64,000 nt of DNA, from NCBI GenBank assembly GCA_030141605.1, contig JAQGDQ010000009.1, forward strand, positions 248,001-312,000. Direction: 5' to 3'. Position 1 is the stretch's first letter. The number at the start of each line of letters is the position of its first letter. Both the position numbers and the translations under genes were made by a program. The DNA comes from Tubiluchus corallicola (taxonomy: Eukaryota > Animalia > Priapulida). Under the pieces are notes generated by a model. That model worked only from the letters and a program-made list of their open reading frames with translations, did not search any database and was not told the origin of the DNA. Of the stretch, positions 38,301 through 53,300 are shown piece after piece.

Positions 38301-41300
38301 CATAATTCTGTTAAAAGGGCTCACCAGTGTTGGATCAGCATCTTCAATGTCAATGTATTTCTGATAAATCTGATGAACTTTTTGGTATTTCATTCTGCCC
38401 TGTATTAAAAAAAATATCATGACATTGTTAAAAAGTTCAACTACAATCAAGGCAAAAATACAATTCATTGTACTTAACATATATCTTTCTGTTACGTACA
38501 ACAATATACATATATATATATGTATTTATTATGTATATATTTTATTTGCTCATGAATTCAAGAATTACACATGCACATGAAATCTACACACTACAAAAAT
38601 ATTTACAATAAAAATATGTACAGTCAATAAAAAAACACATCTAAAATCACGAACTAATTAATACATATTCCATTAATAATGCAGTCGACATCATGTGGTT
38701 CACACACATAAACAATCTAGTATATTTTCACACAAATCAATCATTTCTTTTAAGACACTAATTTTACTTTTAATATCAACAGGAACGCTCTTAAATCACT
38801 TATTTAAAGCACATGTATCAATACATAAAGACATCAAATTATGAGTCGCAAATGCTATTTCTGAGCAAAAAGTTTCCGTAACATTGTTACAAAAAAATGA
38901 ATACGCTTAGAAATAGCAGCATGAGCCACATGACTAATCACTGGCACACGATGATTTAAAACATTGTTTGCAAATTTACTGAACCTCAATTTAATACTTA
39001 TTTCTAAAATTAAGCAACTAGAAAGAAAGAAGAGCCATATCATTAGAAGAACATTTCTCCGTGCAACACATAATTTGCTAACCAATAAATAGAGAATGGT
39101 TATAGTTAAAGTGTAAGTTATACAAAATCTACTTAAATCATCACATTATGGCACATTGCCATTTATAATTTGGTCAAGTGGCAATCTACTCACATTAAGC
39201 ATAAAACGTACAGTGTGCTCAGTAAATTGTCAATTTACATCCAAAATGTCATAAATGACCGCAAAGTAATGAGAACAAGAGATTTGGCAAAGAAGCTCAC
39301 CCCAGATAATGCTATCCCACAGAAAAACGTACCTAGCTTTAAGATAGTGTCTAAGATGGAAAACTAATATACTCAATTATTCATACTTTGGAAATTCTTG
39401 TGCTAATGTTGGATAATCATTTTGGCTTAACAAAGGCCAGCCAGGTCTGTAATAAACAGTTACTTGGCAACTAAAATCATCTTAGCTCCACTTTGTCTGA
39501 TTAGATCCTACATTCAGATAATAACATACCTCTTCAAAGTCGGCATAACCAAAGTACAAAAGTTGATTTTTCGGCAGCATTGAGTTAATGGCTCGTTCAT
39601 ACATACTAGCCGCTTCTTCGCTAAACAACTTAGATGCATTCACATCCTGAAAAATATGTATAAAAAGACAAAAATCACGACTTGAAAAAAGGTCCATACA
39701 TCTTTATATAAATGTGAATAGTAATAGCTACAAAAACAATTACCACAACTTTTTTTCAAAGCATGTGAAAATTTACTTACACCTTTTTCACTGAGGAGCT
39801 TGCTTGATTGCTCCAAATAGAGAGCAGCTTCATACCAAATATCAGGATGATGTCCGAGGCAAAGTAAACACTGCTCATAGGCAAACATGACTAAAACAGA
39901 CAAAGTAATTATTTAAAAAATACTTAGTCAAGCAGCACTAACACATAAATAAAAACAAGTAAATCAACAAGTTATCTTGGATATTTGGTTTGACAGACTT
40001 TGACAGACTGATCACATATTAAACACTCATGAACAATGGCATGATTTATATGAACACCTGAACAATGCTTTTGTACCCACTCGCAGCACTTCACAGTAGA
40101 CTTATTAACCTCACTAATACTGCAGAAACTTTTCTTAATTTTATCTTGTCACATACTATAGGAAAGTGCACAATATTTTAAGTTGATATAATCTGAGTCA
40201 TAGGTAAACTTTTACAATGTATCACATCACAACTTGTGGTGTTTTTGTGGCTGACATCAAGGTAAAGTCTACTATGCACAGCTATGAGTGAAATCCACAA
40301 AACAGAATTAGACAACCAGCTATGTCTTCAACCATTTAATAGGTTTGTCATTCTAATGGACTATTCACATTTCATTACAAAAGTTCTTTTAGTTATGAAT
40401 CTGTCATTGAATTGTCACTTAAAGATCTACAAATAACTTTTAATTTAGATGACTAATGTGTAAGTTTTCTTAAATACCTCTCCTTGTTACAACAGCATGA
40501 TCTTCTGTCCTAAGAGGATTGGTCTTTTCCCAAGCAATGTATTTCTTCCAAAGTTCAACCTGTTAAAATGCCACAGATTTGTATGATTTACATCCATCAA
40601 ATGTAAACATTAAATCTAATATGCGAGTAGAATATTTCCAAAAAGTACAAAGACAAACTTGCTGTTTTGTTACACTGCGACGGAGTTTCGCTTTAGTTTA
40701 TGAATGTAGGCCTCTTACGTTATCCTACATCATTGGATACCGTAAAACCTCTGAGTTTAACATACATTTCTATTGTCTAGTGACATCATCAGTATCAGAA
40801 AAGTGAAAAATGATTGTTGTCACAACACCCAAACAAATAGTCCAAAATCTTACCTGCTTAGCTTCTTCTGGACTGCCTGTAGGTGGCACAGATGGCAGAT
40901 TGCGATTGAGACCTCTAGTAACGGCTTCGTACTCTTTTGCCACTCGGCGAGCATTCATGTAATCTCTACTACGATCATCTATCATTTTCTTTGCAATAAG
41001 AGGGTTTATGCTCTAAAATGAAAAATATAACTCCAAAGATATGTTCCACTGTTGTTATAAAGACAGCAAAAAATGACCTAGCATATAGCACCAATACTTC
41101 ATGCAAGGATAAAGCTAGATTGTGCTTCACAGATACATAATGTAAGTTCTCATTCCACTATCTATTTACTTCAATTAGATCAGCAATTAACTTTAGGCCG
41201 TGATTCCGATCTAACACAAGTGCGGCATTAGCACTGGCACAGAAATTTAATCATTACCTCGAGAGCTAGCGCATTCATTGATGATTTCCAGTTTTTAATT

Positions 41301-44300
41301 ATTTTTAACATTTCACATTTGCATATTAGCACATACAGCTTAGAAATGGAAGCTTTGCACCCATAAATTCTCAGGTTGAACCTACAAAAGCCCAATTAAA
41401 TTTATTTCACCTGAATTTTTTACAAGCCAAAACTGACAAACCAACAGTAATCTTCCAAATCCTTGTTTCACTGTTGCTGCATCGTTCCCAAAGGTGCCCA
41501 TAAGGTTTTCACTCCACCTTATACTGTGCCATCACTTTCCTGATTGGATTACTTGAAACTTACTTTACATAATTACAGATGCAAACTAACCATTTCATAA
41601 GCATTGTAATCCTTCCAGAAAACTTCAATGTTGACCATAGGATTCACACAACCTCGCTGGTAAATTTTGCGCACTGCCGTTATTCTCTGGTTCTCAGCAT
41701 AGGACCCAACGGCTTCACTAGAATAAGATAAACATGTAAACACCCCAATTCCTAGGTGTTTTAAAAGCAATGATGGGCCCATTACAAGGTAAGGTGGTCT
41801 AAACACTCAATTCTCAGAAATACCACAAGGTTTGAAAGTGCCAAGTCTTTGAAAGCAAGCAGCACATGAGTAAGAAACTTCTAATGCAGAGCTTAGGAAG
41901 AAAATTCACTTATTAATGCAAAATACACTTTCTGGTGACACACACTCAACTGCAGCTGTTCTCTTTTCTTCTGCCTGAAACCAGAACAGATTGTTTGCCG
42001 CCATCTGTAGCTCTAATGTACCTATTGCATAATTTATTATTATTAAGAATAATTTTTTACTACATAAAGCTTCAATGAACTGTACTTACACATTTTTTAA
42101 GAATGCCACATAATCGTTCCAGATCTGATAAGACATAATATCCATACCCATTTTATCAAGAGCAAAATCATAAGCTTGAGCCATTTTTTCTCTAAACATT
42201 ATACAAAGTACATTTAGTAGTTTCATCATCAAATTCATACAATTTTAAAAAAATGTTTTGCAAAATCTTGTTAGTAAATAATCTGTTAATCTGTTATAAA
42301 TTTATATAAAAATGTAATAAGCTACTAAAATATAACTTCTGCTCATTACATAATTTTGTAGTAAAGTGCTGAATCATTCAATATTGCCTACCTGTAAGAC
42401 GGTAGCGAGCCTTTGGTCTCCTTCACGTAATTCAAGTAAGATTTCCACAGATCTATGTTCAACACTTTCAAAAGACATCTTTGAAACAACTTCTCAACTT
42501 TTTCAAAGTTCCGTGCCTTCAGCTGTAAGATATAACAAATATACCACATAAGAATTTTCAGAACTAAAAAGATACTAAGAACTAAAGAGCACTGAATGCG
42601 TGTTTTGTGAAATTCTATGTTTATTTTCTTCTCGCAATAATTAATAAATAAATTATAAATTTTGATTCAAAAACTAAGTCACTTTCCTTACTCTTCTATG
42701 TATATATATAGGTACTCTTAAATTTTATGCAGTAAATATATCTAGGTACTCTATAGGTGACAATCTTCCAGTGACTTCTGGGCTCATTATTACCTGGATA
42801 CTTATTTTGCATAGTACAGCAATGGGATACACACAGGGTAAAGACATCACATTTTTTGGTTAACGATAATGACCTAAGTTATAACCTGTGACACATTGTG
42901 ACATTCTCAGGATTATCCTTCCAAAATCGTCAGCTGCCAATAAAATATATCTATTTTCCTTCCTACCTACCTATGGTGACCTTATTAAGTGACTTTTGGC
43001 GGCCTCCAGTATCACCTGGAGTTTGCTGCATTATGATACATGTTATGGGGATACCATAATGATACATGTTACACAGAAGCAAAAGCACATTTCAAGTATA
43101 TGACCTTGACCTCAGGCTCAAATAATTTGTAACATGCTGCCATAGTTTAAGATCATCTTTGTTCTGAGTTACTGTTCTTTCTTTCTTTTGCAGTTAGTCA
43201 GCAATCAAGCCTACCAGTTCGATCCTATATTTTACCACCAAAATGTTATCCTTTTATTTCCATTTTGATAACTTCCTTGCATTTGACCTCTATCATGTTC
43301 ACAGTCACTATATTCCCTAGAAGTTCATGTACTGTTTTCATCAGCTATCTCACACTAGTCCTATGTGCTTTGAATTTTCGTGTGGTTGGTGTAGATATTT
43401 TGATATAAAATCATTACAAATTTTCATCAAGGACGAAAACGCTGAGTGGTCATGGTTTGTTATTAGCAAATGAAATTAAGCAATGCTGAATGTGGTCAGC
43501 ACATAAACTGGTCACCATCAATAAGTTATTTCTAGGTTGTCTCACACTTTTATCTCCTTTAAGGGAAATGCAGACAGGTAGTTAGAAAACTTCTGCCAGT
43601 CTTATTTTCACCTTTGGTATTTATCTGTTGTAAACAGCTGGATTCTTGGCCTACAAGTGCTACATGATAAAAAGGGGTTGCTTATGAGTGTTTGGCAGTG
43701 TATACATTATTTAACATGGCATAGTATTTCAATTTTGCCCGATTATGAGTTTCCTAAATTCCTACAATTTCCCACAGGACTATTAACCAAGCAGTGGTTA
43801 ACTTCTTCCAATTTGCTGGATCACAACAACAAAGATATAAGATCAACAATTTCAAGTCATTGTTAAATTTAGAGATAAAAAGCAGAGTTACAAAAACAAC
43901 ACAAAAAATAATAAAGTAAGAAAATAGTAATACAAGTACCTGCAGCAACTGTAACCACATGAAATTCTTCGTTCATGTTCACGCCCACTTTACAGTTCAC
44001 ATCTGCCTATCGACAACTGTGTGCAGCGCGGCCTATCTCGCAGTTGTCTTATTACAGAAACAAGCTGATAAGTATTTGTGGTGTGTTACGCGAAGTTTGC
44101 GATATGTTTCATAACTTATTACATATACGTGACTACCGAATCTTAAATTAACTGCTCATGAAAACCACTAAAATACATGTTTTGAAGATTGCAACAGCAA
44201 CACAAAGGGTAGTGGCACTTGTGCTTGTCACAAATTCAAGTCAAACAGAGAATTTATTACAAGCAATACAAGTCGATTACTTAACATAGCTCCATCTTGA

Positions 44301-47300
44301 CACGGATTGTGTTATTCTGTATGGTGCCACTGATATGTTATGTTACCTACGTGATACAATATCAAGCTAATTCATTCAATGATCATGTCACAGTTCATAC
44401 ACGCATGTTGCAGCACTGCTGTTTAGCGAAGATTAAAATTTTTTGCAAACAATGTATCGTAAGCCCTATAGGAAGAAACTCTACATTAGTTTATCTAATT
44501 ATCTTACGCATAAAGCTTTGCTAAGGCCACTGCATTATTAGGTTAATTACCGGTAACTTAGAGAGGTGCTTGGAGAAAATTACATTAATGAATGGATATC
44601 ATGACTACATTTTGGAATCATAGACAACTTACGGCAGATTTTTAAGGCTGATCAGATTAAAACAATTAAGACTTCTGTAAAATGATTATAATATCGTTGA
44701 ACGCTGAATATCGTAGGCGATAATGCGATAAAGCCCACAAGTTCTAATTCTGCCATGACTTCACTCTGTTACTTTACTTAGCCGAAATTAAAATACATGT
44801 AATTAAATGGCTCTGATCACTGTCATATAAGCAAGGGTGACTTTTAGCACTTTAAAGCATCAGGGTCGAGAAGAAGATCAAGGCTGAGTAGTTGCAATAG
44901 ATGCTTGACCGCAAAGTTAAGCAATGCCAGACCCAATAAATGGATGGATGGAAAGCCACACAGAAGTGCTTTTGGGTGGCTTTATGTCAAGGCTACTATT
45001 TCTCGAAAAAGGATTTATCAAACATCTAAACGTGGCAAAAGACATCCTAATGGTTCAGTGCCTCACCTCGGTGAATTATCCTCGATAATCAGCTAATTTC
45101 CGGTTCTGCCATTATCAACTTGCTATTGAGTGCTGGATTCAGGTTTGACAAGCGCCCAATTGCATTAAAATAATACAAGCCGAGAGTGTAGGGCATCTCT
45201 TTGCTTTTAGGCTCCTTTCACACTCAAATACGGCATTGCTTCCTATGCTCTATGATTCACATACAGCCTCATGTTAAATTCATCTTCTAGCTTTCCTCGT
45301 GTGGATTTTTTCCACCAGTTAAAAGCTACATGTCTTCTTCACAAGGAATTGTGTCGATCTGTAGAAATGGTTTACATATCCATGTTCGGGAGAATTCCTC
45401 GCGGAATTTTCATTAAAATTTAACTGTTCTATTACATGTTTTTTGTTTAGCAAACAACAATTAGCATAATTCAGCACATAATTTAAACTTTTGGTCGACT
45501 TTTTTGTCGTATATGTGATTTATTTTATTTTATTAAGACAACGATGATGTAACTGACGTTGTGAAAAAAATAGCGTTTATATATAATTATTAAATGTCTT
45601 CACTACATGGTTTTTAAATGTCAGAAAAGCTTATTATTGCAATTTTTATACAGATTTCAGAAATGAAAAGGTTATTCAAAGTTCTGGAAATAGGTATTTA
45701 AAAAATATCTGTTGTTACATATACGCTTCACCATTTGTATCAAATACAAGTATGACATATCATGTGCATGTTGAATAGCGTAGACACAAACAGAACATAG
45801 AGAAATTCATTGTGAACAATTAGCAGCAAATTCGTCTTTTGTACATAAAAACAACAATTATTATCTCTTTAGTATGAAATGCAGTTCTTACTTGTTTATT
45901 TGAGTAGGTAAAGCTAGGTCAACTTGATTAAGGTGAGGCGGCTATTTAAAAACAAAAGAATGACGATTCTTCGTTTATCTGTTTTTTGCACATCAGTGGA
46001 ATGCTTAATTTACACGCTTCAGCAATAATATAATTTGCCAAAAACACGTTAGGTTTTCCAATATAAGAATGAGACTTTTCGTGGTTTTTACAAAGTATGC
46101 ATCAGTTGTAACTAAGGTAAGCCTATTATATAACATAAAATGCTGAGATCGCCAGTGTACATTTAAAATACTCCTGTATTATAGTTATAGAAACGCTTAT
46201 CCAGATAATTAGTTAGACTTCACGGCGACGTAGGTATTGCTAATAAGCCTTTTCACAGTTCCAGCGACTGATGATGATCGTGAAAAGGTCAAAGGTTGTG
46301 TACCAAACAACGAATTTGTGTACACTTGACAACAAACTCGCAGCCCATGTTATTGAAATAATAACAATTTTAGCATGTATTATCAGCTAGCTAGAACCTT
46401 ACCTAGTTCATTTTTTCTTGTTCCCAAGTAAGATCCTACTAGTAAATCAGTCTACGCACAAAATAATGCATAATTATGTGACTTCAAAATAATGCGTAAT
46501 TAAATGAAGTCCACATTAAATAAAACAACTAAAGCTACTGAACTGAGGCGACAGACGGCTTTGCTTTACGATGTACAGCAACCGCGCGTGCACACAAGGA
46601 ATCTGTGAAAAGACTTATTGTCGTTGATAACTTACAAATGAGATTAATTTTAAAATTAAATTTAACTGTGGTTTTCAACAAAAGAATCAATTTGTCTCGC
46701 TTCCAAATCCCAATCACATAATTTTGTTCTATTATTTCCGCTGCATATATTTACATGATTTTAGATGCAGTACCCACGCAACATAAAATACGTTTCAATA
46801 CCTAACTGCCTAGCTCCCGTTAATCGGCCATACACACGCTCAAGTTTTCACTACTGTTAAGCAGACCTAACACGACGTGTAAGTGACGTAGACCCAATTT
46901 ATTTTTCTTGCAAGAAAACAATTATGGTTGAAATGTATGCGTTAGCAAATCATCGAATAAGTGTCATTTACACTTATAGCCACTTGCAATCAGATATTTA
47001 ACACAAACACCAGTTTATTTAATCAGAAACCCACGCTGTTGAAAATTCAAAACTTTGCCACTTGTCTCATAATAATCATTGACTACTTAATGAAATAAAA
47101 AACCGACCCGAAACATGCCAGGCTGGTAGCAAAAAATTTTATTGCATGACACATCTATTACAGCACACCACAAGCTGTTACAGAACTTTCAATTACATAA
47201 ACATTCGCAACTTTTCTGTGCATTCATTAAGCAAAATAACATTTTCAAAATTACATGTATCTCCCCGAGCACACAATTTCTGCGCAGAAATTTTAGCACT

Positions 47301-50300
47301 GCTTTCCTTACATGAATTTTTAAATTTTTGCTCTAATTCCCACATGTTAACTCACCACAAACTATTACCGGTCATCCAACTATATAAATACAAAATTTTC
47401 GTTAAAAAAAGACCTGCTTTATTTTAAGTGTTCAGATCACGTTAAAATGCGCTTTATCAACAATGTATCATATTTGAAACTGGCTCTCAACCTTGCGTTC
47501 ACATTCCTATTTTTTTAACTTCCGCTATATACAAAAAAAACGTAATGTAATTAATTAATTAAATTTCCCACGGACAGATTACTTTAAAAACTTACGTCAT
47601 CAGTAATGTAGACAACCATATTAAAACTAGCCCACTTCCTTACACCATACTACACTGTCAAATTTTTGCCTTTGCCACACATACATTAACACACTACAAA
47701 CTATTACTAACCTGCTACCTACATAGTCGTCATCATAGTAAGATGCCTTTTACCACTGTAGACACTGGATAAGCAAAATTCTAAATTAAAAAATGCGCCC
47801 TAAAGATAGGTAAACATAGCAGTAATACTGCAAAAAATTAGACGCTGCTATGCCAGTGGTTTGTCAGTAAAAGTGCTACAACTATATAACGGCAAACTCC
47901 AATTAAAAAAAAACTGCCTATATTTTATTTCAATCAATACAAAAAGGTTTTGAGTGCACAGATTACTTTAAAAATATACTTCATCAACAATATATACAAC
48001 CATTGTAAAACTGGTTCTCTTTTTCCCCTTACCATGTACATTCTACATAACATCTGCAATTTTTTGCATTTACCACACACCACAAAGCATTACTGATCTT
48101 CTGCTACATAAAACGAAAATTTCAATCAAAGGCCAACCATTTATTATTTATAAACAAAACAAAAAAATGCATACAAATTTTTTTCAAAATTTGCTTTACC
48201 AGCAATGTGTACCGTATTAAAACTGGCCCTATTTTCTAAGACTAAGTGACCCACTTTACCTTATATCACACTTCGAACATAAAGGCAAAAATTACTAACA
48301 CATCACAAGCTATTACTAATCTTCCAGCTACATAAAGGCAAACTTTTACGCAAAGCCCACCCTTTCCAGACAAACGTTACTTTAAAAATATACTTTATTG
48401 CCATATTGTAAACAAATACCATAATTTATTAAGTATTACAATAAACATACTAATATTGAAATTTTAGTATTACAAAAGTACACGGTCGAATTAACCCATA
48501 AGCAGACTAAGCACGGACTTAGGGCACCAAGCTGGTAAAAAAATTTAAGTAAAGTATATTAAAGACCATAAAAGTCTTTCACAGTTTAAAATGTGAGGAA
48601 CAGGAAAATGACGCACGTTCACTAGGTTGTTTTTCATATCATTACATAGCGCAATAATAAGGTCGTGGCCTTCTATCACAATGTTTTCACCTACTGCAAT
48701 TGGCAACCACAACCTCTGCAACAGCCATTAGCTAATGTCCGGGAGCAGGAAGTTTCACGATCAATGGCCCATGCAGAGGGGCCATTTTAATGTCCTGTTT
48801 AATACCATTCTGAGCTTTTTGCTGTTGAGATCATACCTTCTTTTTAGTACCTGACTTATTTAATTAAAATTTCATTTTGCAGAATTTAAAGTGGTATAAA
48901 TCTTATAGCAATGGAGTTTGCTTTAATATGTTACATAATTAGTAACACACAGCACGTATGCTTTAAGCAGCGAAGACGGCCAGGGCACCAGGTGTTGGCT
49001 GTACTTGTGGCACAAACACACCTTAATCCGGTCCTGCAAAGCGACACACCGGTAATGGTCACTCAACTAGTGACCATGATCAATCTTACATGCTGCAACC
49101 TTTTCTCACACAATGGCAGCTTATATTACAGCCTTGTATATCGTTTCTTACACAGAGAGTAGGTGAAAATTATTCAGAATTGCTCTTTGGTTTAAACTTT
49201 TCTGCTACATAATAAAGCAACTGCAATTTAGTTCACCTCATGAATTTGTAATACATAACTGTTTAATCCCAAAAGAATGGTAATAAAAACGGGATACCAC
49301 ACAATCATTCGTTCTGATATTCTACTTTTGCAACTCTTCAGTGCCATAATATATTAAACTAAGTGAGTTTAGAGTAAAATTGATCCGCCACATAAATTTT
49401 GGCGGCCGCTACACATATAATCCCACCCTGTTAGTTCTCGCCTAAAATCTAAATCCATCAATTATAAAATCTTCTTTTTAGAGTACTGCGCAAAATTGTC
49501 CTATATAAACCAACCACACCACAGACTCTTTCTTAAAATCTATAATACTTAATGCACAACACCAATACATAAGCATCTATTATAGGGAACATACGGACGG
49601 ACGTATGCACGCACGCACGCCTCTGTACTCTACGTACTAGACTCCTAGGAATTGTGCATTCTGCAATACATGTACACTTTTCGTTAACACACAGCAAGCT
49701 ATTACTAGCTAAAGACAATAAAAGGTACAACAACGACAACACAAAACCATAATTAATTTTATGACAATCTCATATTATAGCGCAAGGCAACATTAGGCGC
49801 TGTGCAGATATTCCTTTCACGTTCTCACTGTTTTTATTCGTCCCAATTTACATTCTTTCAGTTCTTTCAATGTTCTCTTTTTTCTCTTCACTTCCAGCTT
49901 CATTTGCTTTTGCAATAATAGCGTGCAATCTCAAGAAAGCACGTAATTATACGCCATTTCTTTCTTTCATTTCATTCTCTCTCCCCTCATTTCTTCTGCT
50001 TGTCATTTTCTCAGAAAACACTTTTTACACCATTTTTTATCTGTAATGTACAACTTACTTTGCTACCGTGACCAACCAATTGATCTTGATTTTCAGCGAT
50101 TTCACGATTAGTAAAAAAGCCAAAGCTAATTCGAATTTATTACTCTAACATATAGCAGAGAGCTGGAATTGGAATTTTTGCAATGCAAATGTTTCTTATA
50201 GGAAATAAGTTGTAATACATGTAATGGAAGAAAGCTACAAGACAAAACAAAAAACATAGAACACAGTATTGCCGTAGTAAAAATTATTCACAATACATCA

Positions 50301-53300
50301 TACTCGCATATATATATATTCAATGGTTAATAGTTATTACTAAAATATAAAAATAAACATATTATTAACACAGTCATAAAGCACAGCTAAAAATTAAATA
50401 CTACTGATATGTTTTAGCTGTTATATTAATCAAAATTGACACTAATTACCAATGGGAGCTTGCAATAGGGAATACTTGCTAAGTTTCGTATGTATAAAGT
50501 AAACCTGAAACACATGTATAACGTTTATGTGCCATATTTCACAACTGAGATTAATGAAACTAGGGAATGTGCAGTAGGGGTGCTAATGTGTGTAAATGTA
50601 TTGTAGTCTTCAGTTTAATTCTTAAAGACCTGCCAGCCACCTGCTAACTTGGAAGCTCAAAAGTATATTCAACAGCAATAAGACTGTCCAATTTACCGGT
50701 AAAGCAGCAACCTGTTCACCATTCACAATCAAAACGGTGAAGTAAATCTAAAGCTTAAGTCCTACTAAAAAATAATTACATGCCAAACTTAAATAACTAC
50801 CTACATACAGTTGAGGTGCAGTTTTCCCACTCAAAACACAGCAAGACCTTGATTTATTTAGCACAAGTACGATCATAAATGGACAAGTGCTTCATCTTGG
50901 TCATTTACCATGGACAGCAAGTGGTGGATGTGAATTTTTGTGTACTTAGCGTGATCAGGCAGCGTCAAAACTCGTGACAGCATGTACAATTATACTTTGT
51001 AGACCACTCTCACCATCAAATGTAATGCCAAAAGCAGCCTTAGATCAGAAAACTCAATTATAGGCACGTGAGCTCGTGTTTCTGATGGAGCTTTACAACA
51101 ACTTCCATCAATTTACCGTGTATAAATTTTTAACTCGTGAACGTTTTGAAGTTTTCATGTTTTATGAGATTGTAACGTGAAAAATGGGAATTAAAAAACT
51201 GGTTAAGCACTACAAAATACTAACTTCTTTACGTGTTTGTTTTTAAATCAGTCAACCTACTCTTGGAATAAGTGCTGTCAAATTGTAGAGATTTCAGACG
51301 TGTATAAAATGTAAGTGTGAAATGAACTAATAAAATGTGGGTTTATTTACGTGGAAAAATTGCACTATAGAATATCATGCGAGTACTCCGACCAATAAAA
51401 TATCTCGGAAATTTTGAATGCACATTACTGAGTGGGGGTATACAAATGATGAATGGTTATTTTATCTTGTAGATGGAAAAATGCAAATGTTTTATGCAAT
51501 GAGAAATTGATATACGCACTGAACTCTAGAATAACCATAAAGTACAAGTACAAGCATAACAAACACATATAACACTGTTCTCACAACTCTATGCTTCCAA
51601 TCTAAATAACCACACTCTTCTAAATAGTGGTGAGTATACTGGGAGTAGCCCGGCTATTCACTGCTGCCCCCTCAATGAGTTCTTGTTTGTGATGCTATAA
51701 AATATGTATAAAGTGTCTCAATTATTTCTGTGATTAAAAAGTAATAACTTTCACCAGACAGGAACTCGGTAATGTACTATTTTCTTTGTGAGGCTATAAG
51801 GTGCATGTATAATATCCATTACGCAGACTCATTTATCCACTCCAATCACACAATCAAATATCACAAAATCCCAGTAACACAGACTTTCCCCATATTATAG
51901 CCAGTCATTAGGAATTTTCTTTTAACAGTATCTGTGCCAGTGGTGTTCCATTAACAAAGCAAGGCAAAAAGTCACACGTGCTTTTTATCAGAAAACCAGA
52001 AGGTAACGATGCATCCAACTATTTCTAAATGTTCTCAGTTTCATTGAGTACTACTGTCTCTCACAAATTATTAGTTTTATCAAAAAGTATGATTTTTAGT
52101 ATTAGAAATGAGACTCCGTCTGTATAGGAGCAATACAGACTACGGCATAAATGCAGCTTCTTTCATATTTTAAAGAACGCGTGAACAGCGACGCATATTG
52201 TTTAGAATTGCCACGAAACTAAATAGTCCTCCCCCATGAGATGTTACCCTTGTTACTACACGTTATTTTTGGCCTTCTAAAAAATATGAATATATAATTA
52301 TTCCTTGTTGATTACGAAAGTGACTAGAGTACAGTCAAGCTCTACATTTTCAGACACTATAAAAAGATTCCTCCTTGCATTTCTTTTGAATAAGCAAATA
52401 AACTACCAAAGAAAAGATTATTTTAAACCTTGCTTAAAATATGTCTGAAATTTGGTTTCGCATAATTTCATATAAACTCAGTTGTCAAAGGCTTGCACAT
52501 TATCTCAAAATTGAGTCTCAAACTGAAAATTCCCGAATTTAAGCGTTGCAGAACCGTATTACATTTCAACACGGAATCTAAGTACAATCTAGGTACTCCC
52601 CTACTCTACGTGCTGTTCCCAGACGATTTTTTTCCGCACCAGTTGGATAAATAAATGATCTATTTCATGCACAGGGTGGTGATATTTTACTTCACAGTGA
52701 TCGTCATTTTACCTTGATGTATATTTCAAAATGGCGAGAAGGGGAGATTACCATTCAATTCGTGAGTCTCCCAATTAAATCGGAAGAGTGTCACATCACA
52801 GACAACCAAAAAAGATCTTGTAATATGTCAAGTGAGCACGCAATAAATTTACGTATTAAACTGTAGCTGTATGGAAACTATAAGGCTTGTAATGTGTTTC
52901 GTTAAATTGTATGAACAATAGTGTGCAGAACACTCCCATGAATCAACCTATGATCTGCAAGTACTATGCTTTGTTTCTCGGTTAATACGTGTATAGTAAT
53001 TAAAGGTAATAAATGACAATTAGGCTAAATTTCATGAAAACTATATATTTAGTTTTTAGTTTAGTAGTTACTGATCAATGTTCGACCATTTTTACAATAA
53101 TAATAATTTCGTCGACATAAGAATCCAGTATGTTCTTACAATTTTAACTTTGGAAAACGTAAATATAATCACTCTTTGTCCAGAAGCATTATAAATCTTA
53201 ACTTGCCAAGGCAAATTGCCAGTGAGACAAAAGCAGCAACGATCAGAAAACAGAAAATTTAGCCATGATGCAATAAAACAGCGAAGTGCGACATACCAGT

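Noticed and set aside
47590-47990. TGATGA motifs in the intronic array as C/D snoRNAs
   Set aside because: No properly placed CTGA D box or terminal stem, and the motif is not kept in all units.
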